64,000 nucleotides of DNA from Candidatus Micrarchaeia archaeon (GCA_049964835.1 JBMFWW010000001.1:131589-195588); one strand, 5' to 3'; counted from the stretch's first letter, positions 27,772 through 36,040 are shown. Program-made: numbers and translations. The notes: generated by a model not told the origin, from the letters alone.

Positions 27772-28209
27772 TTATATGCTTAGAAAGAACCATTTTTCTG
27801 GGGAGTTAATAAAGCCTATTTCTTTGTAAAATCTTTGTACAGTATACATATGTGAGCCAACAGCTACATAAACACTGCGAATATTTCGTTGCTTAAGAAT
27901 GGAAATTACCTTGTTTATTAATTGTGTACCAACCTTTCTCTTCCTATACTTTTCGCTGACAAATAGCTCTTCTATATATGTCACTCCCTTATTTTTAATA
28001 TGTTCATAATACACGGCCCAGACATAGCCTATTAATTTTTTGCCTGAAAGAGCAACAAAAACTATCTGGCCCGATTTATGCATATGTAATGAGAGATTTG
28101 ACTTATAAAATTCCTGTTCTTCGTCGCCTTTGTATAGCTCCCGAAAGTAGTGCGTTATCTCCTTCAAGTCTTTGTTTCTAGCCTTTCTTATAACGATTTG
28201 CTCCATCAT
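27772..28209 (-). CDS. GNAT-family N-acetyltransferase
   Basis: 145 aa. Typical beta4-alpha3 acetyl-CoA segment IEELFVSEKYRKRKVGTQLINKV. Starts 5 nt after the rSAM stop. Confidence 0.8.
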   Translation of the reverse strand: MMEQIVIRKARNKDLKEITHYFRELYKGDEEQEFYKSNLSLHMHKSGQIVFVALSGKKLIGYVWAVYYEHIKNKGVTYIEELFVSEKYRKRKVGTQLINKVISILKQRNIRSVYVAVGSHMYTVQRFYKEIGFINSPEKWFFLSI

Positions 28210-28214
28210 AAAAC

Positions 28215-29387
28215 CTAAGTTTCTAATTGATTTTTAATCTTATTATAGATATGTTCGTATATTTTGTAATTGGAGCATTCAGCAGAGTTAGTAGTTTTAG
28301 AATTAAGCAGGTACCTATCATAAGCACACCCGCCTTTACATTTATCATACCATTTACAACTTAGGCATACTTTCAGACTTTCTATCTGCTTCTGTAATAA
28401 TCTTCTATAGCCCTCTGTTGCGAATATCCCGCTTATAGACTCTATATTGTTTATATTAGCAATTTCGCTTTCACTTACAATTGTGTTACCTGTTCTTGGG
28501 AATTTATCACATGGGTATATGCTGCCATTTGGATATAAAGTAAATGTTGTATTTGCACAGATTCCTTGACCTATCTGGCAGATTTTAGAAGAATGCCCCA
28601 AAATTGTTCGCAAAATATCTTCAAATAGTAATATATGAATACTTGGATCATCTTTTTCAAACCAGATATCAAACAGTTCATTAACAAATTTAACATAGTT
28701 TTCAGTGGAATAAAGATAAGAAGTTAATTGTTCCTCAGTGTTCGAAAAAACAGGTTCTTGTGGTAGAAAATCAAACGTTTTTAGGTTGTTATTAACAAAA
28801 AAGTCAAATAACCTTTTCGGACCTATGCGAAAGGTATCATTGGTAATTACGGCGAGAGCACCAAATGGGATCTCGTATTTTTTAAGTAAATTTATGCCTC
28901 TAATTGTTTGTTCATATGAATCTCCGACTATTGCTGCTCTTTGTTTATTTTGTATTTCTTTTGGACCGTCTATACTTACGCCTACTTGAATTTTTTCCTC
29001 TTTAAAAAACTTCACCAATTCTTCATTAATCAGTGTCGCATTTGTTTGTATGCTGTTCTTAATTTTTATTTTTCTCTGTGAGAATAATTTTTTTTGAACA
29101 TTTACGATCTTTTTAAAAAAAGATAAACTCATCAATAAAGGCTCTCCACCGTGCCATATGAAATCAACACTACCTAAGTCGTCGTATTCCGATACTTTAG
29201 TGAAGAGTTCATTGATCAGTGAAAAATCCATATATTCAGTCGTAATCAGACCTCGAACTAGCGGACCTGAAACTCCACAGTATGAGCACCTTAAATTACA
29301 GTTGTTAGTTAATTTGACAATTATAGCTATGCCTAGATTACGATTATTAAAAAGAGCTTTATTAGACTCCAAGTAACTCTCATTCAA
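28215..29387 (-). CDS. radical SAM enzyme with full SPASM domain (anSME/peptide-maturase type)
   Basis: CNLRCSYC (Cx3Cx2C), GGEPLL, and the 7-Cys SPASM signature CANTTFTLYPNGSIYPC ... CLSCKWYDKCKGGC ... C. Confidence 0.85.
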   Translation of the reverse strand: MNESYLESNKALFNNRNLGIAIIVKLTNNCNLRCSYCGVSGPLVRGLITTEYMDFSLINELFTKVSEYDDLGSVDFIWHGGEPLLMSLSFFKKIVNVQKKLFSQRKIKIKNSIQTNATLINEELVKFFKEEKIQVGVSIDGPKEIQNKQRAAIVGDSYEQTIRGINLLKKYEIPFGALAVITNDTFRIGPKRLFDFFVNNNLKTFDFLPQEPVFSNTEEQLTSYLYSTENYVKFVNELFDIWFEKDDPSIHILLFEDILRTILGHSSKICQIGQGICANTTFTLYPNGSIYPCDKFPRTGNTIVSESEIANINNIESISGIFATEGYRRLLQKQIESLKVCLSCKWYDKCKGGCAYDRYLLNSKTTNSAECSNYKIYEHIYNKIKNQLET

Positions 29388-29399
29388 ATAGACCTACCT

Positions 29400-29513
29400 T
29401 TAGAGTGATTTGCTATGAAGATTATGCCCCCTCCATATATTTAATGAATCGCTGTTTTCTTCACGTAGAAGAGACATTAATATTTTACTTTTATTTGTTT
29501 TTTCTTTTTCCAT
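29400..29513 (-). CDS. candidate precursor peptide (37 aa)
   Basis: My own translation: MEKEKTNKSKILMSLLREENSDSLNIWRGHNLHSKSL. AAGGTGG lies 5 nt upstream of the ATG and TTTAAATA about 35 nt upstream. The stop is 12 nt before the rSAM start. Confidence 0.4.
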   Translation of the reverse strand: MEKEKTNKSKILMSLLREENSDSLNIWRGHNLHSKSL

Positions 29514-29566
29514 GGACCCACCTTATATTAATTTGGATAAAATCTATTTAAATCTTTTGGTTAATA

Positions 29567-29650
29567 GCTTTGCTAAATAATTATCATTTTTGCATGAATA
29601 CTTTAGCACACTCTACTATTTATTAGCAGAATGAGGTTTATTAGCAAAGC
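29567..29650. repeat. 84-bp MITE-like unit (64-bp repeat copy 2 plus 20-bp opposite IS end)
   Basis: Begins GCTTTGCTAA and ends TTAGCAAAGC. The first 64 bp duplicate 27267-27330. Confidence 0.7.
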
Positions 29651-29660
29651 ACAAAAGAAG

Positions 29661-29755
29661 AAAAGCTAGAAATACTGAAAGATTATAAGGATAAATTGGA
29701 AAAAGAAGCGAAAGGAGTATCTGAGAAAATAAAAGAACTACAACAAAATAACTAA
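29661..29755 (+). pseudogene. 3' part of the interrupted DUF5320-like gene
   Basis: In frame with 27196-27265 after element removal: ...EKLEILKDYKDKLEKEAKGVSEKIKELQQNN*. Confidence 0.6.
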
Positions 29756-29802
29756 ACTAATTTTTTCTTTTTTATTTTATTATTTTTATAACCTTTTATG
29801 AT

Positions 29803-30234
29803 TTACTCAATTTTTAATATTTTTTTGATAATTGAGCTTTTATACTTATCTTTTTTGTAGGGTTTAATTCTAACTATTTCTGACCTGATATTATTATTTT
29901 TAAGCCAGCGTCTTACTTCATCTTCATTTACATTTTGATCATATCCAAAAGCAAGAACTGCTGGCTTATACTTTTTTATTATCTTATATCTATCTTCTGG
30001 CGTTTTCAATTTTTTACCTATTATTGCATAATCAACTACTTTAAGTGCTTTTAGCATTTTTAATCTATCCCTCTCATTAAATAATGGGGTCTTTCCTTTA
30101 ATCACCTTAATACTTTCATCTCTTGAGATAACAACTAATAATTTATCTCCATGTTTGCGTGCCGATTCTAAATAACTTAAATGACCTGGGTGTAGTAAAT
30201 CAAAAGAACCGAAGGTAAGAACGAGTTTGCTCAT
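29803..30234 (-). CDS. ribL: cytidylyltransferase-fold FAD synthase (RibL-like)
   Basis: 143 aa. TFGSFDLLHPGHLSYLE (the (H/T)xGH nucleotidyltransferase motif) and ISRDESIK..KGK.P, as in archaeal RibL. Confidence 0.7.
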   Translation of the reverse strand: MSKLVLTFGSFDLLHPGHLSYLESARKHGDKLLVVISRDESIKVIKGKTPLFNERDRLKMLKALKVVDYAIIGKKLKTPEDRYKIIKKYKPAVLAFGYDQNVNEDEVRRWLKNNNIRSEIVRIKPYKKDKYKSSIIKKILKIE

Positions 30235-30443
30235 ATACGCATCAAATTAACATAGATAATAAAATAATAATAGAATTGACCATTTACAAAGTAATATAGC
30301 ATTTTGCAAATAAAAACTATTCGCAAAGCAAATCACTAATAAAACAGTTAGAACAATAGGTTATATAAATATTATCTTACCAAATAATAGTGCTAAATGG
30401 CTTGTTTTCCCGCAAGCACTGCAATTTTGCAGGAGGGATTTAA

Positions 30444-31076
30444 ATGGCATTGAATATAGAAGAATTTACAAAGTTTATTGCCGAGAATAAAGGCAAAAGG
30501 AAGTTTAAGCAAACTGTAGAGTTAGCTGTAAATTTCAAGGGTATTGACTTCACAAAGCAAAACAACAGACTTAACCTTGATATACTTCTTCCAAATGGTA
30601 ATGGTAGATCTATAAAGCTAGCAGTTTTTGCATCCGATAAAACATTATTGGAAGATGCATCTAAGAACAACATTGATGTAATAGATCCTAAAGAATTAGA
30701 TGCCATTGGAAAGGATCCGAAGAGACTTAATTCATTATTAGAATATGATTTATTTGCACAACCAAGTCTTATGCCTTCAATAGCAAAATCATTAGGTCAA
30801 TTTTTAGGTCCAAGGAATAAGATGCCAAGGCCCCTACTTCCTGGAATAACAATATCCTCTATAAAAAATGATTCTACTAAAAGAGTTAACATAAAAAGTA
30901 AAGGAAAGTACTTGCCAACTGTGCATTCGGTAGTTGGTACTGAAGATATGGATCCGGTTAAACTCTACCAAAATATAAATGAGGTATTGGATAATATAAA
31001 GAAAAAAATAGGCAGCAACAATGTCAGGTCAGCTTATGTTAAGCTTACAATGTCGAAGCCTATAAAAATAATGTGA
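30444..31076 (+). CDS. rpl1: 50S ribosomal protein L1
   Basis: 210 aa with the L1 pattern (F.QTVEL..N....D.....R; LGP.NKMP.P). GGAGGG lies upstream. Confidence 0.9.
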   Translation: MALNIEEFTKFIAENKGKRKFKQTVELAVNFKGIDFTKQNNRLNLDILLPNGNGRSIKLAVFASDKTLLEDASKNNIDVIDPKELDAIGKDPKRLNSLLEYDLFAQPSLMPSIAKSLGQFLGPRNKMPRPLLPGITISSIKNDSTKRVNIKSKGKYLPTVHSVVGTEDMDPVKLYQNINEVLDNIKKKIGSNNVRSAYVKLTMSKPIKIM

Positions 31077-31080
31077 GTTT

Positions 31081-31920
31081 ATGGTTATGATAAAATCCCA
31101 AAAAATAGAATTCGTAAATAAGCTTAAAAAAGAGATAAAAGAGCACAAAACTGTAGGGGTAATGTCAATTGAAAGAATGCCAGACAGATTATTTCAGAAA
31201 ATAAGAAATGAAGCAAAAGAGAAAAAGATTAAGACAATAGTTTCTAGGAAAAATCTTCTATTAAAGATACTGGATCAAGAAAATTTTAAGACTCTTGAGC
31301 CTTTTGTAACTGGCAATGTAGCAGTATTAATGACAAATGACTCTCCGTTTGAGCTTTATAGCCTTGTAAGTTCTAATAAGATAAGGCTTATAGCAAAACC
31401 AAATCAGATAGCAGACTCTGATATAGTTATAGAATCTGGAGAGACTTCATTGCAGCCAGGACAGGCAGTAACAGAACTCAAAACTGCAGGAATAGATGTT
31501 CAGATACAAAAAGGAAAGGTAACTATAGGCAAATCAAAAACTCTTGTTAAAAAAGGGGAAAAGATATCGTTGCAAGTATCAAAAGCATTAAAGCTTTTAG
31601 ATATACTTCCTTTTGAAGCAAAAGGAAATGTAGCGGCAATAGTAGAAGGAAAGCTTCTTTATACTCCGGAAATATTAAAAGTAAATAAAGAATTCATAAG
31701 TATTGAAATAGGAAAAATATTTAATTCAGCATATCTTGTCAGTTTGGAACTAGGAATAGTAACCGAATACAATGTAAAGGAGTTCATAAGGCGTGCATTT
31801 GTATCTGCATTGTCAGTGGGTACACAAGCTCAGATTCCAGAAGGAGAAGTAATACCAAAACTTATGGGCATTGCATTTTCAGCAGCTCAAAATTTAGACG
31901 GCATGGTAAAAAAAGAGTAA
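31081..31920 (+). CDS. rpl10: 50S ribosomal protein L10 (P0)
   Basis: 279 aa, positioned between L1 and L12. N-terminal K.E.V..L...I......V.....P pattern. Confidence 0.9.
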   Translation: MVMIKSQKIEFVNKLKKEIKEHKTVGVMSIERMPDRLFQKIRNEAKEKKIKTIVSRKNLLLKILDQENFKTLEPFVTGNVAVLMTNDSPFELYSLVSSNKIRLIAKPNQIADSDIVIESGETSLQPGQAVTELKTAGIDVQIQKGKVTIGKSKTLVKKGEKISLQVSKALKLLDILPFEAKGNVAAIVEGKLLYTPEILKVNKEFISIEIGKIFNSAYLVSLELGIVTEYNVKEFIRRAFVSALSVGTQAQIPEGEVIPKLMGIAFSAAQNLDGMVKKE

Positions 31921-31947
31921 TTAATTTGTTATATTAAAGGTGAAAAT

Positions 31948-32250
31948 ATGGAATACATATATGCAGCTCTCTTGCTTGATTCTGCAGGAAAAGAGATAAG
32001 CGAGTCAAGTCTCGAAAGTGTAGTAAAAGCAGCAGGCATAACCCCAAATGAAGCTATGGCTAAAGCGGTTGTAAGCTCATTGAAAGGCATAAACATAAAA
32101 GATGTTATAAAGAATGCGCAATCAATGCAAGTAGCAGCTCCGGCAGCATCAGCAGCTCCAGCGGGAAAAGCCGAAGAAAAGAAAGCTGAAAAAGAAGAGA
32201 AGGTAGGAGAGGAACAAGCAGCTGGCGGATTGGCAAGTCTTTTTGGATGA
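31948..32250 (+). CDS. rpl12: 50S ribosomal protein L12 (P1 stalk protein)
   Basis: MEYIYAALLL N-terminus, Ala/Glu/Lys hinge, and the conserved C-terminus GGLASLFG. Confidence 0.9.
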   Translation: MEYIYAALLLDSAGKEISESSLESVVKAAGITPNEAMAKAVVSSLKGINIKDVIKNAQSMQVAAPAASAAPAGKAEEKKAEKEEKVGEEQAAGGLASLFG

Positions 32251-32373
32251 GCCGATGCGTCAAATGTTGTTAAAACTTTAATAATAGTTAGCATAGCTTT
32301 TATTCGTTAAAGGGCGAAGCTAACATATTATTTATAAAGTTTTAACTCAATGCTTTAACTAATTGGTGTAATT

Positions 32374-32730
32374 ATGGAAGTATATGTAGAAAAACAGAAA
32401 TGTACTGGTTGTGCTCACTGTTTCGATGTTTGTCCTGTGGCTGTATTTGCAATGAAGAATAGAAATGATCCTGAGGTAAATTCAGATGTGGCTCCAGATT
32501 CAGACAAATGGAAAGGAACACACGATCAAAAAGTTTATGATAAATGGGCAAATGTCCAAGATGGACACAAACATTTTGCTGAGAACTTTGAAGGAGGAAG
32601 CGGAGGAATATCTGTAGGCATAAATGGGCCTTCTTGTATACTTTGTCAGGCATGCCTTGTAGAGTGTGAAGGGGAATGCATAGTAATAAAGGATGACTCT
32701 AATAATATCTACAAATCTATATACAAATAA
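32374..32730 (+). CDS. 2x[4Fe-4S]-type ferredoxin with a long central insertion
   Basis: CTGCAHCFDVCP and CILCQACLVEC motifs separated by about 65 aa instead of about 20. Confidence 0.75.
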   Translation: MEVYVEKQKCTGCAHCFDVCPVAVFAMKNRNDPEVNSDVAPDSDKWKGTHDQKVYDKWANVQDGHKHFAENFEGGSGGISVGINGPSCILCQACLVECEGECIVIKDDSNNIYKSIYK

Positions 32731-32749
32731 AATGTAAATATTTGATTTA

Positions 32750-33022
32750 ATGGATAAGATACGTTGCGCCCATATTCTAGTCGAAAAACATTCAACCGCG
32801 CTCGAGATACAAGAGAAATTAAAGAAAGGAGAACCATTCTCAAAACTTGCTGAGCAGTACTCACTTGATAGATCAAGAAAGCGTGGAGGAGATCTTGGTT
32901 TCTTTGGAAGAGGAGTAATGGTAAAACCTTTTGAAGAAGCAGCGTTCAAGTTAAAGGTTGGAGAAGTTTCAGATATAGTAAAGACTCAGTTTGGATATCA
33001 TCTAATAAAAAGAACGGAGTAA
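32750..33022 (+). CDS. parvulin-type peptidyl-prolyl isomerase
   Basis: 90 aa. CAHILV...GGDLGFF.RG.MV..FE.AAF.L..GEVS..V.T.FGYHLI is the PpiC/PinA core. Confidence 0.85.
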   Translation: MDKIRCAHILVEKHSTALEIQEKLKKGEPFSKLAEQYSLDRSRKRGGDLGFFGRGVMVKPFEEAAFKLKVGEVSDIVKTQFGYHLIKRTE

Positions 33023-33031
33023 AAATATCTT

Positions 33032-33709
33032 TTAGAATCTTTTTTTAAGCATAAGATATGCCATTCCAAAACCATAGAACAGCTTTGATTTTGTAAGTTT
33101 TGAAGGGCCATGTTCTCTTTTGAAGTACTTTATGTCTACCTCTTTTATTTCATACTTTCTCTTAGCTAATTCGCCTGCAAAGAATCCTATACCTGTTCTG
33201 TATGGCTTTATATTTTTAATATCTTCAAATGCTTTTCTATCCATTACGAAAAGACCAGTAAGTACATCGTGTACCTTTTTCCCATAAAGCACACTAAATA
33301 TTAAGCTTAGAGAGCTATTTCCAAATCTAAGGTAGGCGCTCATAGCTCCTTCTTGTATATTATTTAATCTATTTCCAAGTACAAAATCAGCATTGCCAGA
33401 AGCTACAATTTCTACCGCTTCCTTCAAGCCCTTAGTTTCATGAGTTCCATCCGCATCAATACTAGCAAGTATACTACCTTTTGCGGCTCTAAGCCCGGTC
33501 ATTATTGCATTTTCAACTCCTCTGTCTTTTTGACGTATTACTATAACTCCTGCTTCTTTGAGTCTTTTCACATAAGCATCTGAACTCTTATCAACTATTA
33601 TTATTTCAATATCTTTACCTAAAAGTTTCCTCGCATCAGTTATAATTTTAAAAACACTTTCCTCTTCTATTGTCGGTATAACAAGACTAATTTTCTTTTT
33701 AACTTTCAT
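33032..33709 (-). CDS. family-2 glycosyltransferase (dolichol-phosphate mannosyltransferase-like)
   Basis: ISLVIPTIEEE, VDKSSD and IDADGTHE (DxD) motifs. Confidence 0.8.
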   Translation of the reverse strand: MKVKKKISLVIPTIEEESVFKIITDARKLLGKDIEIIIVDKSSDAYVKRLKEAGVIVIRQKDRGVENAIMTGLRAAKGSILASIDADGTHETKGLKEAVEIVASGNADFVLGNRLNNIQEGAMSAYLRFGNSSLSLIFSVLYGKKVHDVLTGLFVMDRKAFEDIKNIKPYRTGIGFFAGELAKRKYEIKEVDIKYFKREHGPSKLTKSKLFYGFGMAYLMLKKRF

Positions 33710-33748
33710 TAAATCATTCTTAGGATATATCTATACTTTAATACATAA

Positions 33749-34870
33749 TTATTTAAATTTAATCATATCATTCAATATATTTTTAATGTCATAAATATTA
33801 GCAGTTGTTTTGACTCCGTCTCTATCGAACTGCGTTCTTGAAGCTAAAAATCCTTTTTGCTCAAGTCTTTTTATTATTTTATCTGGAGATACAGAAACCG
33901 AACCTAAGGCTTTTGTTAATTTTGGAATAGAATAGAAAAATGCTACATCAAGCTCGTTAGATATTCTACTCAACATTTCATTGAATTTTTCATTATGCTC
34001 TATTACCTTGTTTTTTTCATTGAATAAAATAAATTCATCTAAAACTTTTTTATTATTTATACTGCCTAAATAAAAAGGCCCATAACTCTTCAAATCTTTT
34101 TTACAAAATTTACAGTTATGTTCTAAACTTGGCGCAATACCTTTTTTGTATTCAAAGGCTCTACAGTCAGTACAAAAAGAGGCAAAGCCGCACTCTTTCA
34201 CTGAAGAAACGGCCTTTTTTGCACCATGTTCTAATCTTACAAAAACGCGCATATAATGCATATCCGATATTGAAAGTATCGGTTCAATACCAAAATTAAA
34301 TGTTGCAGCAATCTTAACAATATACCCTATCAATATTCTTATGCCAGACTCTTTACAAAGTTCATTATGCATAGGTTCTGCAAAATAGCTCTTTAGGCAT
34401 GCATTAGAATGTGCACCACACAATACTGCCGTATCAGTAGCTGTTACCATTAAATATGTACCATCTTTAGCAACCTTTAGTATATCATTAATGTGAGGTT
34501 GTGGGGATCCGAACGGGTCAAGGTCTATAAATTCAAAAGACTCTTTTTCCTGCGAAGAGCAGTACTCTTGAATGCTAATATTTTTGATTTGCGCATCTAT
34601 GTTATTTAATTTTAAATTTTTCTTTGCATTTTCTGCAGCGTCTTTATTTATGTCTAGAAAGATTGCCTTTTTAATATTGGCCTCTTTGATATATCGTATG
34701 CCTCTCACTCCTGTAGCACAGGTGCTATCAAGTAGCGAGTCGTTTGGCTTACTAAAAAATTTTACAAAAAGAACAGAGATATCTCTCAACATTTTCATTT
34801 TTGGATTGTAAAAAACATCTCCAGAAAGAAGTATTGTAGATTTGCCTTCTATTATCTTATTTTTTTCCAT
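33749..34870 (-). CDS. trm1: tRNA (guanine26-N2)-dimethyltransferase
   Basis: 373 aa. VFYNP.M...RD, ATGVRGIRY, DLDPFGSP, and the Cys cluster C..C...C.FC of archaeal Trm1. Confidence 0.9.
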   Translation of the reverse strand: MEKNKIIEGKSTILLSGDVFYNPKMKMLRDISVLFVKFFSKPNDSLLDSTCATGVRGIRYIKEANIKKAIFLDINKDAAENAKKNLKLNNIDAQIKNISIQEYCSSQEKESFEFIDLDPFGSPQPHINDILKVAKDGTYLMVTATDTAVLCGAHSNACLKSYFAEPMHNELCKESGIRILIGYIVKIAATFNFGIEPILSISDMHYMRVFVRLEHGAKKAVSSVKECGFASFCTDCRAFEYKKGIAPSLEHNCKFCKKDLKSYGPFYLGSINNKKVLDEFILFNEKNKVIEHNEKFNEMLSRISNELDVAFFYSIPKLTKALGSVSVSPDKIIKRLEQKGFLASRTQFDRDGVKTTANIYDIKNILNDMIKFK

Positions 34871-35099
34871 GTAACTTCAATATTGCATCTAGTAATCCAT
34901 GCGCATAATTTATGCTTGCAAAAGCAGTATAATAATCCTCTTTAGATAAAAACGTAGAAGTATCTTTATAATACATACTGGCAAGTTCTATAATTTCCTG
35001 TTCGTCATCTGTTAATTTTAATGTCTCGCAAAGTTTTATGTTTTCTTCAAATATCTTTACATCTTTTAGTATTCTGTCTTTTATCTCCGTAAGCAACAC
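34857..35099 (-). CDS. DUF357-like small helical protein
   Basis: 80 aa. SMYYKDTSTFLSKEDYYTAFASINYAHGLLDA pattern. Overlaps the trm1 start by 14 nt. Confidence 0.5.
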   Translation of the reverse strand: MLLTEIKDRILKDVKIFEENIKLCETLKLTDDEQEIIELASMYYKDTSTFLSKEDYYTAFASINYAHGLLDAILKLHGKK

Positions 35100-35112
35100 C
35101 GATACGCTTAAC

Positions 35113-35856
35113 CTAATCTTCCATGTATGGCGCTAGATAGTAATTTACCTCAGCATCTCCTATGCTATACTTTAACTTTAATGGCTCGTTTGATTTTAGT
35201 GACAATGTTATTGTATTGCCTATTGGGCAGGACTTAACCATATTCTCTAAGAGTTCAAGATTAAATGTTGCATCTGCATTCTTTTTTGCTTCTACTTTTT
35301 TCATCATTCCTCCTTCCGTTTCATGCAACTCCTCTAATTCTCCACTCTCTCCTCTTGCAGTTACTGCAAACTGTTCTTTTGAAGCTTTAAATGAAATGTA
35401 AGAAGAGATAAGAGTTGCGTCCTTTATTATATCCTTAAGAGGTTCGCCAATCATCTCTACATGAGCATCAAAATCTACATTGGGCTCTTTTTCAACACTT
35501 TTTTTAACATCTACTAATTGTAATCTATATCTTCTTCTGCTACCCTGACCTATGAATTCGAGAGACAATTTATTGTCTACATCCTTCATTACCAAAGCTT
35601 CTCCATCTCTGGTTCTTGACAGTATCTTATTTAGATTGTCAATGTTTAGACCTAAGCTCACATTTTTATCTATGTTGAATTTAGAAAAGGCTTTGTTAGG
35701 CATAAAAAATGATATCATACTTATACTTGATGGATCCATAGCCTTTAAGCTTATTCCATCCTTATTTATTATAAAAAGCCCTTCATCAACAAGGCTCACT
35801 ATTGCTGAAACACACTCCTTCCAATACTTTGCATTATCTATTTTTATTTCTAACAT
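35113..35856 (-). CDS. pcn: DNA polymerase sliding clamp (PCNA)
   Basis: 247 aa, two-domain clamp pattern (MLEIKIDNAKYWKECVSAI..LVDE..F....DGISL.AMD.S), with the C-terminus YYLAP. Confidence 0.9.
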   Translation of the reverse strand: MLEIKIDNAKYWKECVSAIVSLVDEGLFIINKDGISLKAMDPSSISMISFFMPNKAFSKFNIDKNVSLGLNIDNLNKILSRTRDGEALVMKDVDNKLSLEFIGQGSRRRYRLQLVDVKKSVEKEPNVDFDAHVEMIGEPLKDIIKDATLISSYISFKASKEQFAVTARGESGELEELHETEGGMMKKVEAKKNADATFNLELLENMVKSCPIGNTITLSLKSNEPLKLKYSIGDAEVNYYLAPYMED

Positions 35857-36040
35857 AAATTACACCTATATTCTCTCCACTTTATGTATTATTTAATAGG
35901 GATAATAATATATAATATTCTGTAATTTCGGTATCAATACCTCTATATTCACTATTAATTATTTTTACTTTAATGCAAACCATCATTCCTTTAGGTGTAG
36001 TATTAAAAAGAAAGGATTAAATAAACAAATTATAGATATT

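Larger units (their letters stand above)
27267..29650 (-). mobile_element. IS4/IS5-superfamily-derived element carrying cargo (truncated transposase plus GNAT, rSAM-SPASM and peptide genes)
   Basis: Termini GCTTTGCTAA (27267) and TTAGCAAAGC (29641-29650) are perfect 10-bp inverted repeats. The element is flanked by a 10-bp direct duplication, and precise removal restores a 54-codon ORF. Confidence 0.7.

Noticed and set aside
31929-32294. 121-aa Ala-rich minus-strand ORF, and the minus-strand ORFs 32372..32653 and 32500..32949.
   Set aside because: They are antisense shadows of the L12 stalk protein, the ferredoxin and the parvulin genes, all of which have clear family motifs.
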